From Rhodothermales bacterium (GTDB lineage Bacteria > Bacteroidota > Rhodothermia > Rhodothermales > Rubricoccaceae): 35,252 nucleotides of DNA. A program made the position numbers and the translations under genes. The stretch lies in assembly GCA_038233965.1 (NCBI GenBank), contig JBBSUZ010000001.1:1-35252 (forward strand), read 5' to 3'. Below are positions 21,896 through 31,253 of this stretch, in pieces. The notes under the pieces are model-generated. The model saw nothing but the letters and a program-made list of their open reading frames with translations, did not search any database and was not told the origin of the DNA. Position 1 is the first letter of the stretch, and each line of letters begins with the position of its first letter.

Positions 21896-24367
21896 TCACC
21901 GCATGGCTTCGGCGGCGCGCACGATGTCCGCGAGAACGACCGCCGCCGTGATGTCGGCAGACGCGCCGGGGCCGCGGACGACGAGCGGCGTCGCGCCGGT
22001 GCGCGCGGTGTGGAAGGCGACGGCGACCTCGGGCCCGCGCAGGCCCGCGAGCGGCGAGCCGGGCGGGACGGCCTCGACGGCGGCGCGGATCGACCCGTCG
22101 GCGTCTAGGCGGGCGACGAGCTGGAGGTCGCCGCTCGCGGCGCGCGCGGCCCAGCCGGCGTCGGCCTCGGGGAGGCGCTGCCAGAAGACGTCGAGCGGGA
22201 CGTCGGCGAGGCCGTCGGGCACGAGGGACTCGACCGGCGCCGCCTCGGCGTCCGGCGCGAGGCCGAGCTCGCGGGCGAGGAGGGCCAGCTTGCGCGCGAC
22301 GTCGCGCCCCGAGAGGTCGTCGCGGACGTCCGGCTCGGCGTAGCCCAGGTCGCGCGCCTCGCGGACCGCCTCGGAGAACGCGGCGCCCTCGCGCAGGCGG
22401 CTCATCACGAACGCGACCGTCCCCGAGAGGACGCCCTCGACGGCGCGGACCGTGTCGCCCGTCCGGACGAGGTCGCGCAGGCGCGACACGACGCCGAGCC
22501 CGGCCCCGACGGCGGCGTCGTAGAGGTACGGGGCCTCGGCGTCGCGGGCGGCGGCGTGCGCGCTCGCCCACGCCGCTGCGGGCCGGGCGGCGGCGGCCTT
22601 GTTGGGCGTCACGACGGCCACGCCGAGCCCGAGCCAGTCGGCATGACGGGCCGCGACGGCGGCGCTCGCCGTCGCGGCCACGACGACGATGCGGTCGAGG
22701 CGGGCGTCGGCGAGGTGCGCCGTGAGTGCGTCGAGGTCGGCCCCAGGCGCGTCGTCCAGCGTTGTCGAGGCCAGGCCGGCGTCGTTCCACGCGAGCCGCC
22801 GCGAGTCCATCACGCCGACGACGCGCAGGTTGAGGCCGGCCTCGCGCAGGCGCGGGCCTTCCGACTCCAGCAGGTCCAGCACGCGGCGGCCCAGGCGGCC
22901 GGTCCCGACCACGACGACGTGCGCGCGGAGGCGTCGGCACGCGAACGCCTCGTGGAGCGCGCGGACGGCTGCGGGGGCGTCCGCATCGGCGACGACGGCC
23001 GAGAGCGTGTGGTCGCCGCCGCCCTGCGCGAGCGCGCGGGCGTTGACGCGGGCGCGGCCGAGCGTCGAGAACATGCGCCCGCCGAGGCCGGGCGCGTCGT
23101 GGACGAACGCGCCGACGGCGGCGACGACGGCCGCGCCGCCCTCGGCCGTTACCCCGAGGACGTCGCCGCGTTCGATCTCGCGGGCGAGGGCCCGCTCCAG
23201 CGTCGCCACGACACCGGCGGCGTCCTGCTCGCGGACGGCCAGCCCGAGCGAGCCCTCAGCCGATGCCTGCGCGACGAGGTAGACCGGGACGCCCGCGAGC
23301 GGCGCGAAGACGCGCGCGGCGAGGTCCGCGACCTCGAGCACGCTGGCCCCGACGACGCGGACGAGCGCGACGTTGCGGACCGCCGTCAGCGCCTTGATCC
23401 GCGCCTCGCCGGGCTCAGCCGGTCCGACGCGCGTGCCCGCGCCGCCCGGGTTCATCGTGTTGGCGATGCGCAGCGGGATGCCAGCCGCGACGAGCGGGCG
23501 CATCGTGCGCGGGTGGAGCACCTTGGCGCCGAAGTGCGCGAGCTCGGCGGCCTCCTCGTAGCTCAGACGCGGCAACGAGAACGCCTCCGGCACGACGCGC
23601 GGGTCTGCGGAGAGCACGCCGTCAACGTCGGTCCAGATGACGCACTCGGTGGCGTCGAGCGCGCCGGCGAGGATCGTCGCCGTGTAGTCGCTCCCCGAGC
23701 GGCCGAGCGTCGTCGTGACGCCGTCGGCGGTCGCGGCGACGAAGCCGGTGACGACGGCGACGGCCGCCTCGCCTGCCGATGCGAAGGCGGCGTCGAGCGC
23801 GTCGCGGACGAGCCGGCGGGTCTCGGGCGTGTCGACCGTCGCCTCGCCGAAGCGGTCGTCGGTGCGCACGAAGGCCGTCGCGTCGAGGGCGACGGCCGGG
23901 TGGCCGGCGGCGCGGAAGGCGGCGGCGAGGACGGGCACAGACGCCCGCTCGCCGGCCGAGATCACGGCGTCGCGCACGCGCGGCGTGCACTCGCGCAGCA
24001 GCGACACGCCGTGCAGCAGGTCCGCGACCTCGCCGAAGAGGGCGTCGTGGAGCGCGTCGACGCTCGCCGCCTCGGCCGGAAGCACGAGCTCGGCCACAGC
24101 CGCCCGGTGCCGCTCGCGGACCTCGGCGAGCACGCCGCGCCACGCCTCGTCGCGCACCACAGCCGCGTCGACGGCGGCGATGAGGCGGTCCGTGACGCCC
24201 CCGAACGCCGACGACACGACGACGCGGCGGACGGTAGCCGGCGTGGCGAGACTCAGCCGGACGACCTCGCGCACGCGCGCAGGCGTCCCGACGGAGGTGC
24301 CGCCGAACTTGGCGACCTGCACCGGAGGGCGCGGAGGAGCGGGAAGCGGATCAGTCGGGTCGGGCAC
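21896..24367 (-). CDS. thrA: Bifunctional aspartokinase / homoserine dehydrogenase
   Basis: 823 aa with a GTG start. Aspartokinase N-terminus VAKFGGTSVGT. The central region is the likely position of the ACT regulatory domains, though I have not confirmed them by motif. C-terminal homoserine dehydrogenase with the NAD-binding VVVVGTGRLGRRV. Confidence 0.93.
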   Translation of the reverse strand: MPDPTDPLPAPPRPPVQVAKFGGTSVGTPARVREVVRLSLATPATVRRVVVSSAFGGVTDRLIAAVDAAVVRDEAWRGVLAEVRERHRAAVAELVLPAEAASVDALHDALFGEVADLLHGVSLLRECTPRVRDAVISAGERASVPVLAAAFRAAGHPAVALDATAFVRTDDRFGEATVDTPETRRLVRDALDAAFASAGEAAVAVVTGFVAATADGVTTTLGRSGSDYTATILAGALDATECVIWTDVDGVLSADPRVVPEAFSLPRLSYEEAAELAHFGAKVLHPRTMRPLVAAGIPLRIANTMNPGGAGTRVGPAEPGEARIKALTAVRNVALVRVVGASVLEVADLAARVFAPLAGVPVYLVAQASAEGSLGLAVREQDAAGVVATLERALAREIERGDVLGVTAEGGAAVVAAVGAFVHDAPGLGGRMFSTLGRARVNARALAQGGGDHTLSAVVADADAPAAVRALHEAFACRRLRAHVVVVGTGRLGRRVLDLLESEGPRLREAGLNLRVVGVMDSRRLAWNDAGLASTTLDDAPGADLDALTAHLADARLDRIVVVAATASAAVAARHADWLGLGVAVVTPNKAAAARPAAAWASAHAAARDAEAPYLYDAAVGAGLGVVSRLRDLVRTGDTVRAVEGVLSGTVAFVMSRLREGAAFSEAVREARDLGYAEPDVRDDLSGRDVARKLALLARELGLAPDAEAAPVESLVPDGLADVPLDVFWQRLPEADAGWAARAASGDLQLVARLDADGSIRAAVEAVPPGSPLAGLRGPEVAVAFHTARTGATPLVVRGPGASADITAAVVLADIVRAAEAMR

Positions 24368-24432
24368 GGGCGGCGGGAGCGGGGCGTCGGCAAGCTATCC
24401 CGCGCCGGCGGCGCGTCTTCGCCGGGGCTCCA

Positions 24433-24462
24433 TTGACGGGCTCGGCGCGGCCCCGCTATCTT
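24433..24462 (+). promoter_or_regulatory. Candidate promoter of tRNA-Ala (TTGACG-18 nt-TATCTT)
   Basis: The -35-like TTGACG is at 24433-24438 and the -10-like TATCTT is at 24457-24462, 34 nt before the tRNA. A GC-rich palindromic leader GCCCGCCCGGACGTCCGGACGGGC follows. Confidence 0.4.
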
Positions 24463-24495
24463 CGCGGCCCGCCCGGACGTCCGGACGGGCTCGTC

Positions 24496-24568
24496 GGGGC
24501 GTTAGCTCAGTTGGTAGAGCGCTTCAATGGCATTGAAGAGGTCAGCGGTTCGACTCCGCTACGCTCCA
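24496..24568 (+). tRNA. tRNA-Ala (anticodon GGC)
   Basis: GGGGCGTTAGCTCAGTTGGTAGAGCGCTTCAATGGCATTGAAGAGGTCAGCGGTTCGACTCCGCTACGCTCCA folds as a 73-nt cloverleaf. It has the G3:U70 identity pair and the anticodon loop ATGGCAT. Confidence 0.95.
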
Positions 24569-24573
24569 CGCAA

Positions 24574-24613
24574 GGAAACGGCCTCTGCGGTATCGCGGAG
24601 GCCGTTTCCTTTT
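24574..24613 (+). terminator. Rho-independent terminator after tRNA-Ala
   Basis: GGAAACGGCCTC (24574-24585), a 12-nt loop, GAGGCCGTTTCC (24598-24609), then TTTT. Confidence 0.8.
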
Positions 24614-24650
24614 GGATGAACGCTCGCTGCCTGGTTGCCACCTGGCTGGA

Positions 24651-25861
24651 TCACGGCAAGACGGTGCGCGAAGCTGCGGTTCGGTGCGTCCATCTGGTCC
24701 TCAATGTTGTAGAGGTTGCCTTCGGTTGCACAACGGGCGCGTTGGGGCGGCCTCCTGATGTGGCTCGCTCACGCTGCTTGCCAAACGACTGGGCCAGCGT
24801 CGGCGAGAGGGTCGTGTCTGCGGGGCCCCGGGGACGGCGTCCCGGCGGAGGCCTCAGCGGGCGACTCGCCGGCCGGCCCGAGCGCGAGGTCGAGCATCCG
24901 CATGATGCCCGAGTAGATCGTCCTGGAGTGCTCAACCTCGAACGCCGCGGCGACGTGCGTCGCGGCCGCGTCGAGCCAGAGGACGTCGATGAGGCGGACC
25001 GCGTCGGCGCCCGGGGCGTCGCGGAGCGCGTCCGGCAGCGCCGCCAGGCAGCCGTCGGCGAGGCGCCCGCCGGCGTAGGCCCGCGAGCGGTCGTTGGACG
25101 CGATCCAGACCGAGAAGCCGAGCGCGCGGCCGCGTTCGCCTCGCGCGCCGCCGCCTCGCGGACCCGCCCGAGGTCAGCCTGCGCCTCGGGGGCGTCCGCG
25201 ATGGGCGGGGCCGAGTAGCGTCCCGACCCGACGTCGAAGAGGAGCCCGGCGACGGCGCAGAGGTCGTTCGAGAGCAGGTCCCGGTGGAGCGCGTTGCGGC
25301 GCAGGATGCCCTCGCGCATCTCGAGGTAGTGGTCCCACCGGCCGAGCTTCACCGAGGCGCCTGTGAGCGCGTTGTAGCCGTTCACGATGGCCGTGTTAAA
25401 CGGCGGCGTGAGCGTCGGGTGGAGGAAGTAGAGCTGGTTGGCCGCGGCCGGGCCGAGCCCTTGACCTTGCGCTCGTCGAGGCGCCGGATCGAGGCGACGA
25501 GCGCCTCGGCGGTCGAGCAGCACGCGCAGGCGTCGAGAAAGGCGCCGAACGCCTGCTGGTTGCCGCGGTCCTCGTAGATGTCCGGGATGCGCATCTTCGG
25601 CTTCCAGAGGAAGGCGTGGTCCGCGCCGCGGAAGATCTGCCGCTGCTCGGCGACCGAGTGGACGACGGTCTCGAGCGACGAGCCCTTATAGGCGTTGCCG
25701 AACGTGCCGGCCTCGATCTCGGCGACGACCTGCGCGATGCTGTGGCGGATCGAGCGGGAGTTCTTGATCCGCTCGGGCCAGAGAAACCACGACTGGTGAG
25801 TCGCGCCGGGGTCGTCGCGCCAGCGCTGGATGAGCGCGCGGACGGCGGCGTCGTGCCGCAT
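24651..25861 (-). pseudogene. Frameshifted PD-(D/E)xK restriction-endonuclease-like gene
   Basis: One continuous protein is recovered only by joining three frames. Frame A (25861 down to about 25460) ends ...[11 protein letters not shown]. Frame B continues [16 protein letters not shown]...[14 protein letters not shown] to about 25130. Frame C (my manual translation) reads [21 protein letters not shown]...[44 protein letters not shown] and stops at 24769. Both shifts are consistent with 1-nt deletions. IDVLWL...FEVEH is a PD-(D/E)xK-type pattern. Confidence 0.7.
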
Positions 25862-25899
25862 GGAGGGATGGGAAAAGGTCGCCGAAAGTAAAGGCGGGC

Positions 25900-26412
25900 T
25901 CAGGAGCCGTGGTGCGCGAATACCGTCGTGCCGGCGTCGGTGAGCAGGAGCACGTCATAGGGCTGGACCGTGTCGCCCTGCTCCATGCCGGGCGAGCCGA
26001 GCGGCATCCCCGGCACGGCGAGGCCGCGGGCGTCGGGGCGCTCGGTGAGCAGCCGCTCGATGTCCTCGACCGGGACGTGCCCCTCGACGACGTAGCCGTC
26101 CACGATGGCCGTGTGGCACGAGCGGGCCTCGGCCGGGACGCCGTTCGCGTCCTTCACCTCGGTGATGTCGTCGCGGTCGATGGTCTCGACCGGGAAGCCG
26201 CGCGCGCGGAGGTGCTCCGTCCACGAGGCGCAGCAGCCGCACGTGGGCGACTTGTACACGACGACGGTGGGAAGCGACGGATCTGGAGCGACGGATGCGA
26301 CCGGGACGGTGGGCGTCGAGGCGGCAGGCGCCGGAGCGCTTTCCGGCGCCGCGTCCGGGGAGCACGCGGCGAGCAAGAGCGGAAGAGCGGCGAGGGCAGT
26401 GAAGCGGGTCAT
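25900..26412 (-). CDS. DUF411-family (CopG-like) periplasmic metal-binding lipoprotein
   Basis: Lipobox LLLAAC. The conserved blocks YKSPTCGCCASW, CHTAIVDGYVVEGHVP and GLAVPGMPLGSPGME are characteristic of DUF411 proteins found in copper-resistance loci. Confidence 0.85.
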   Translation of the reverse strand: MTRFTALAALPLLLAACSPDAAPESAPAPAASTPTVPVASVAPDPSLPTVVVYKSPTCGCCASWTEHLRARGFPVETIDRDDITEVKDANGVPAEARSCHTAIVDGYVVEGHVPVEDIERLLTERPDARGLAVPGMPLGSPGMEQGDTVQPYDVLLLTDAGTTVFAHHGS

Positions 26413-26460
26413 CGGTGGCGCGGCTGAGCCGCGGTGTGGAGAGAACCAGTGTGGAGAGAA

Positions 26461-29400
26461 TCAGAGAGAGTCGTGGGCGCTCGCCGCGGGGGCGAGGGGT
26501 TCGAAGGCCAGGTCGGGCGCCGCGAGGCCGTCCCCCGACGCCTCCTCGCGGAGCGCGCGGCGCAGCCGGCGGCCCTGAACGACGGCGTAGAGGGCGGGAA
26601 TCATCACGAGCGTGTGGACGGTCGACGTGATCAGCCCGCCGACCATCGGCGTCGCGATCCGCTGCATCACCTCGGCGCCCGTGCCCGTCCCGAACATCAC
26701 CGGCACGAGCCCGATGATCGTCGTGAAGACGGTCATGAGCTTCGGCCGGACGCGGTCGACGGCGCCCTCTTCGAGGGCCGCTTTGAGGCGCGGGACGGAC
26801 GTGAGCCGGCCCGTCCGCTGGTACCGCTTGACGGCCTCGTCGAGGTAGACGTGCATCACGACGCCCGTCTCGGCCGCCAGCCCGGCGACGGCGATGAGCC
26901 CGACGCCGACCGCGATCGAGAAGTTGTAGCCCAAGGCCAGCATCAGCCAGACCGCGCCGACGAGCGCGAACGGCAGCGGGATCATGAGCAGGAGCGCCTC
27001 GGTCGCGCTCCGGAAGTGCAGGAAGAGCAGCAGGAAGATGAACGCGAGCGCGACCGGCACCAGGACCGCGAGGCGCCGGTTGGCGCGCTCCAAGAACTCG
27101 TACTGCCCGCTCCACTTCAGCGAGTAGCCCGGCGGCAGCGTCACGCGGGCCTCGACGGCCGCGCGGGCGTCCTGCACGTACGTGCCGACGTCGGCGCCGT
27201 CGTTGAGGTCGACGTACACCCAGGCGTTGGGCCGGGCGTTCTCGGACTTGATCATCGGCGGGCCGGCCGCGAAGCGGAACGAGGCGAGCTGCCCGAGCGG
27301 CACGCTCGCGCCGCCCGGCACAGGCACGAGCACGCGCCGGAGCGCCGGCAGGTCGGAGCGCAATCCCTGCGGGTAGCGGACCGTCACGCCGTAGCGCTCC
27401 AGCCCCTCGACGGTCGTGGTCACCATCATCCCGCCGACGGCGACGGCCAGCACGTCCTGCACGTCGCCCGACGTGAGCCCGTAGCGCGCCGCGGCGGCGC
27501 GGTCGACCTCGACGTCCAGGAACGAGCCGCCCATGACGCGCTCGGCATAGGCGCTCCGCGTGCCGGGCAGGCCGGCCACGGCCGCCTCGACCTCGCGCCC
27601 GAGGCGGTCCAGCACTTCCAGATCTGGCCCGCCGATCTTGATCCCGACCGGCGTCTTGATGCCCGTCGCGAGCATGTCGATGCGCGTCTTGATGGGGCTC
27701 GTCCAGGCATTCGTGACGCCCGGAAACTGGACGGCGGCGTCCATCTCGGCCACGAGCGACTCGCGGGTCACGCCGGCTCGCCACTCGGACTCCGGTTTGA
27801 GCGTGATCGTCGTCTCGATCATCGAGAGCGGCGCTGGATCTGTCGCCGTGTCCGCGCGGCCGACCTTGCCGAAGACGCGCGCGACCTCGGGGAACGAGGC
27901 CAGGATGCGGTCCGAGCGCTGCAAGACGTCCTTGGCCTGCTGCGCCGAGACGCCCGGCAGCATCGTCGGCATGTAGAGCAGGTCGCCTTCCCAGAGCGGC
28001 GGCATGAACTCGGAGCCGATCTGCGGGAACGGCACCAGCGTGCGCCCGAGCGTCAGCCGCTGCACGGGCAGGATGGTCAGCAGCAGGAGCGAGAAACCGA
28101 CCACCAGGACCGTCCGCGGGTGGCGGAGTGTGCCGCGGATAACCGGCCGGTAGACGCGGATGAAGAACGAGGCGATGGGATTGTCGCGCTCGGCGCGGAT
28201 GCGGCCGCGCACGAAGACGGCCATCAGGGCCGGCACGAGCGTCACCGCGAGGATCGCCGAGGCGGCCATCGAGAACGTCTTCGTGAGCGCGAGCGGCCGG
28301 AAGAGGCGGCCCTCGCTGCCTTCGAGCGTGAAGACGGGCAGGAAGCTCACGGTCACGATGAGCAGCGAAAAGAACAGGCTCGGCCCGACCTCCTTCGCGG
28401 CCTCGATGACGGCGTACAGCCGCTCGGCCTCGGTCAGTTCTGGCGGGTCGCCCGCGGCACCGTCACCCGAAGCGCCAGGGCGCTTCGCCTCCCGCGCCCG
28501 CTCGATGTGCTTGTGCGCGTTCTCGACCATCACGAGGCTCGCGTCCACCATCACGCCGATCGCGATCGCGATGCCGCCGAGGCTCATGATGTTGGCGTTG
28601 ATGCCGAGGAGCCGCATCACGCCGAGCGCGATCAGGATGCCGATCGGGACCGAGACGACGGCCACGAACGCGCTCCGCACGTGCAGCAGGAACACGAGGA
28701 CCACGAGCGCGACGACGAACAGCTCCTCCCAGATCTTGGATTTCAGCGTCTCGATGGCGCGCTCGATGAGCCCGCTGCGGTCGTACTCGGGCACGACCTC
28801 GACGCCGGCCGGCAGGCCGGCTTGCAACTCGCCGAGGCGCGCCTTGACGGCTTCGATGGTCTCGAGCGCGTTGCCGCCCTGCCGCATCACGATGATGCCG
28901 CCGACGACCTCGCCCTGCCCGTCGCCGTCGGCGATGCCGCGGCGCAGCGCGGGCCCGAAGCGCACGTCCGCGACCTGCCCCACCGTCACGGCCGTCCCGT
29001 TCTCGGCCTTCACGACCACGCCGCGTACGTCGTCCAGCCCGCGCAGGTAGCCCGTGCCGCGGACGACGAACTCGCGCCCGCTCATCTCCAGCAGCCGCCC
29101 GCCGACGTCGCGGTTGCTGCGCCGGATCGCCGAGGCGACCTGCCCGATGGGCACGCCGTAGGCGGCGAGGCGCTGCGGGTCGACCACGACCTGGTACTCG
29201 CGCTCGAAGCCGCCGATGGCTGCGACCTCGGCCACGCCCGTCACCGATTGCAGCTCGGGGCGGAGGTAGAAGTCCTGCACGGCGCGGAGCTGCGACAGGT
29301 CGTTCGTGCCGGTCGTGTCGCGGAGGCTGTACTCGTAGACCCAGCCGACGCCCGTCGCGTCCGGTCCTAACTCGGGGTCGGCGCCGGCCGGGAGGCGCCC

Positions 29401-29754
29401 GCGGATCTGCGAGAGCGACTCGAGCACGCGGCTGCGCGCCCAGTAGAGGTCCGTGCCGTCCTCAAAGATGACGTAGACGAAGCTCGTCCCGAACATCGAG
29501 TAGCCGCGGACGGTCGCCGCGCCCGGGACCGAGAGCATCGTCGTCGTGAGCGGGTACGTCACCTGCTCCTCGACGACCTGCGGCCCCTGGCCGGCATAGT
29601 CGGTGCGGACGATGACCTGGACGTCTGAGAGGTCCGGGAGCGCGTCGACGGGCGTCGTGTAGGCCGCGACGCCGCCGAGCACGGCGACGAGCGCGGTCAC
29701 AAGACCGACGAGGAGCCGGTTCTCGGCGCTCCACTCGATAAGGCGTTCGAGCAT
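26461..29754 (-). CDS. cusA: CusA/CzcA-family heavy-metal efflux RND transporter
   Basis: Start at the internal ATG at 29754 (MLERLIEWSAENRLLVGLV...; 1097 aa). The upstream 374 codons of the 1471-aa ORF overlap cusB and are Arg/Gly junk. It has typical HME-RND N-terminal and TM blocks. Confidence 0.93.
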   Translation of the reverse strand: MLERLIEWSAENRLLVGLVTALVAVLGGVAAYTTPVDALPDLSDVQVIVRTDYAGQGPQVVEEQVTYPLTTTMLSVPGAATVRGYSMFGTSFVYVIFEDGTDLYWARSRVLESLSQIRGRLPAGADPELGPDATGVGWVYEYSLRDTTGTNDLSQLRAVQDFYLRPELQSVTGVAEVAAIGGFEREYQVVVDPQRLAAYGVPIGQVASAIRRSNRDVGGRLLEMSGREFVVRGTGYLRGLDDVRGVVVKAENGTAVTVGQVADVRFGPALRRGIADGDGQGEVVGGIIVMRQGGNALETIEAVKARLGELQAGLPAGVEVVPEYDRSGLIERAIETLKSKIWEELFVVALVVLVFLLHVRSAFVAVVSVPIGILIALGVMRLLGINANIMSLGGIAIAIGVMVDASLVMVENAHKHIERAREAKRPGASGDGAAGDPPELTEAERLYAVIEAAKEVGPSLFFSLLIVTVSFLPVFTLEGSEGRLFRPLALTKTFSMAASAILAVTLVPALMAVFVRGRIRAERDNPIASFFIRVYRPVIRGTLRHPRTVLVVGFSLLLLTILPVQRLTLGRTLVPFPQIGSEFMPPLWEGDLLYMPTMLPGVSAQQAKDVLQRSDRILASFPEVARVFGKVGRADTATDPAPLSMIETTITLKPESEWRAGVTRESLVAEMDAAVQFPGVTNAWTSPIKTRIDMLATGIKTPVGIKIGGPDLEVLDRLGREVEAAVAGLPGTRSAYAERVMGGSFLDVEVDRAAAARYGLTSGDVQDVLAVAVGGMMVTTTVEGLERYGVTVRYPQGLRSDLPALRRVLVPVPGGASVPLGQLASFRFAAGPPMIKSENARPNAWVYVDLNDGADVGTYVQDARAAVEARVTLPPGYSLKWSGQYEFLERANRRLAVLVPVALAFIFLLLFLHFRSATEALLLMIPLPFALVGAVWLMLALGYNFSIAVGVGLIAVAGLAAETGVVMHVYLDEAVKRYQRTGRLTSVPRLKAALEEGAVDRVRPKLMTVFTTIIGLVPVMFGTGTGAEVMQRIATPMVGGLITSTVHTLVMIPALYAVVQGRRLRRALREEASGDGLAAPDLAFEPLAPAASAHDSL

Positions 29755-29756
29755 CG

Positions 29757-31253
29757 TTACGGGGTGGTTGTGCCCGACGGGGCGCTCATGTCCATGCCCG
29801 GCATCGAGCCGCCCGAGGCGCCGCCGGACATGCCGGCGATGGCGCTGGACAGGCGGGCCTCGGAGTCGATGAGGAACTGCGCGCTCGTGACCACGCGGTC
29901 GCCGACGCTCAGGCCCGAGAGGATGCGCGTGACGCCGCCCGCCTCCTCGCCGACGCGGACCTGGACCGGCCGGAAGCGGCCCTCGCCGAGCGCGACGATC
30001 ACGACGGCCTCGCCCGGCGCCTCGGCGCCGGTCCGCACGACGGCCTCGCTCGGCACCGTCGGCCCGGCTGCGCCCGCGGCGCCGTAGAGCGTCGCGGTCG
30101 CGGTCATGCCCGGCCTCAGGCGCCCTCCTGCGTTGGCGAGCGTGACGCGCGCCGTGCCCGTCCGCGTCGCCGGGTCGACGGTGTCGTACACGAAGTCGAC
30201 GCGGCCGCGTATCTCCTCGCCGGGCAGCGACGTGACGGCGACGACGGCGCGCGTGCCGGGCTTCACCCAGCCCAGGTCCTGCTCGGGCACGGCCACTTGG
30301 AGGTAGACCGCGCCGAGGTTCACGATGTCCATGAGCGGCATCCCCGGTGTGGCCTGCATCCCGTCCGTAACGCGCTTGTTCTGGACCGTCCCCGAGGCCG
30401 GCGCGAAGATGGTGACCGTCTCCTGGACGTTCCCCGAGCGTTCGACGGCCGCGATCTGCTGCTGCCCGAGCCCGAACAGGCGCAGCCGCGTCCGCGCCGC
30501 CTCGACGAGGCGCTCCGAGCCGGCCCCGCCGTCGAGCAGCGCGCGGTTGCGCGTCGCGAGGAGCAGGTCCTGCTGCGTCGCGACGAGCTCGGGACTGTAG
30601 ATCTCCAGCAGCGGCTGCCCCTGGCGCACGCGCTGCCCTTCGGTGTCGATGTAGAGACGCTGCACGAAGCCGCCGACGCGCAGCACGACGGTCTCGCGGC
30701 CGGTGTCGCGCGCCTCGAACGTGCCCGTCGTGCGGAGGTCGCGCTCGATGCCCTGCGACGCGACGAGCGCCGTGCGGACGCCCATGTTCTGGAGCGTGAC
30801 GGGGTCGATCTCGACCACGCCGGCCTCGCCACCGCTGACCTTCACCGGCATGAGTTCCATGTTGCAGATCGGGCACAGGCCGGGCCCGTCCTGGACGATC
30901 TGCGGGTGCATCCCGTCCTGGTAGACGATGCCGTCGCCGTTCGTATCGAACTGCGCGAGCGGCCCGTCGGCCGCGACCGGCGCCATCTCGTCCGCGTGCG
31001 GCGACCGGGTGATGGGGACGTTTGCCGGGGCCAGATCGTCGCGCGTGAGCGCCCAGATGCTCACGGCCACGACGGCGGTCAGGAGGAGGACGCCCGCGAC
31101 GACGAGCGCGCGGCGGTGCTTCGGGTCGCCCGGCCGCGGAGGGCGCTCGGCGTAGACGTCGGCCGGATCTGGCGCGTCGTCGAGAGCCGCCGGTGGGCCG
31201 GGCGGGGGGACGGCCGCGGGGTCCACCGGGTCGCCTGTAGGGTCGCTCGTCAT
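29757..31253 (-). CDS. cusB: Efflux RND periplasmic adaptor (CusB-like) with N-terminal heavy-metal-binding domain
   Basis: Start at the internal ATG at 31253 (498 aa). TM anchor RRALVVAGVLLLTAVVAVSIWAL. Metal-binding motif MHPQIVQDGPGLCPICNMELMPV. Beta-barrel and lipoyl-like adaptor blocks. The stop is 2 nt before the cusA ATG. Confidence 0.9.
   Translation of the reverse strand: MTSDPTGDPVDPAAVPPPGPPAALDDAPDPADVYAERPPRPGDPKHRRALVVAGVLLLTAVVAVSIWALTRDDLAPANVPITRSPHADEMAPVAADGPLAQFDTNGDGIVYQDGMHPQIVQDGPGLCPICNMELMPVKVSGGEAGVVEIDPVTLQNMGVRTALVASQGIERDLRTTGTFEARDTGRETVVLRVGGFVQRLYIDTEGQRVRQGQPLLEIYSPELVATQQDLLLATRNRALLDGGAGSERLVEAARTRLRLFGLGQQQIAAVERSGNVQETVTIFAPASGTVQNKRVTDGMQATPGMPLMDIVNLGAVYLQVAVPEQDLGWVKPGTRAVVAVTSLPGEEIRGRVDFVYDTVDPATRTGTARVTLANAGGRLRPGMTATATLYGAAGAAGPTVPSEAVVRTGAEAPGEAVVIVALGEGRFRPVQVRVGEEAGGVTRILSGLSVGDRVVTSAQFLIDSEARLSSAIAGMSGGASGGSMPGMDMSAPSGTTTP

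Noticed and set aside
24368-24432. A lysine riboswitch or Thr/Lys leader upstream of thrA, and likewise upstream of dapA at 20561-20636.
   Set aside because: Both upstream regions are short (128 nt in all between thrA and tRNA-Ala, 76 nt upstream of dapA), and I could not recognise the conserved LYS-element helices or a leader peptide. A covariance-model scan (Rfam RF00168) would be needed to exclude one formally.
29755-30876. N-terminal 374 codons of the 1471-aa ORF (26461-30876). The same applies to the N-terminal 331 codons of the 829-aa ORF (29757-32246) and the upstream extension of dapB (21774-22940).
   Set aside because: The upstream parts are Arg/Pro/Gly junk that overlaps the real upstream genes (cusB, cusC, thrA). 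The conserved protein sequences begin at internal ATGs (29754, 31253, 21773), with tight operon spacing.
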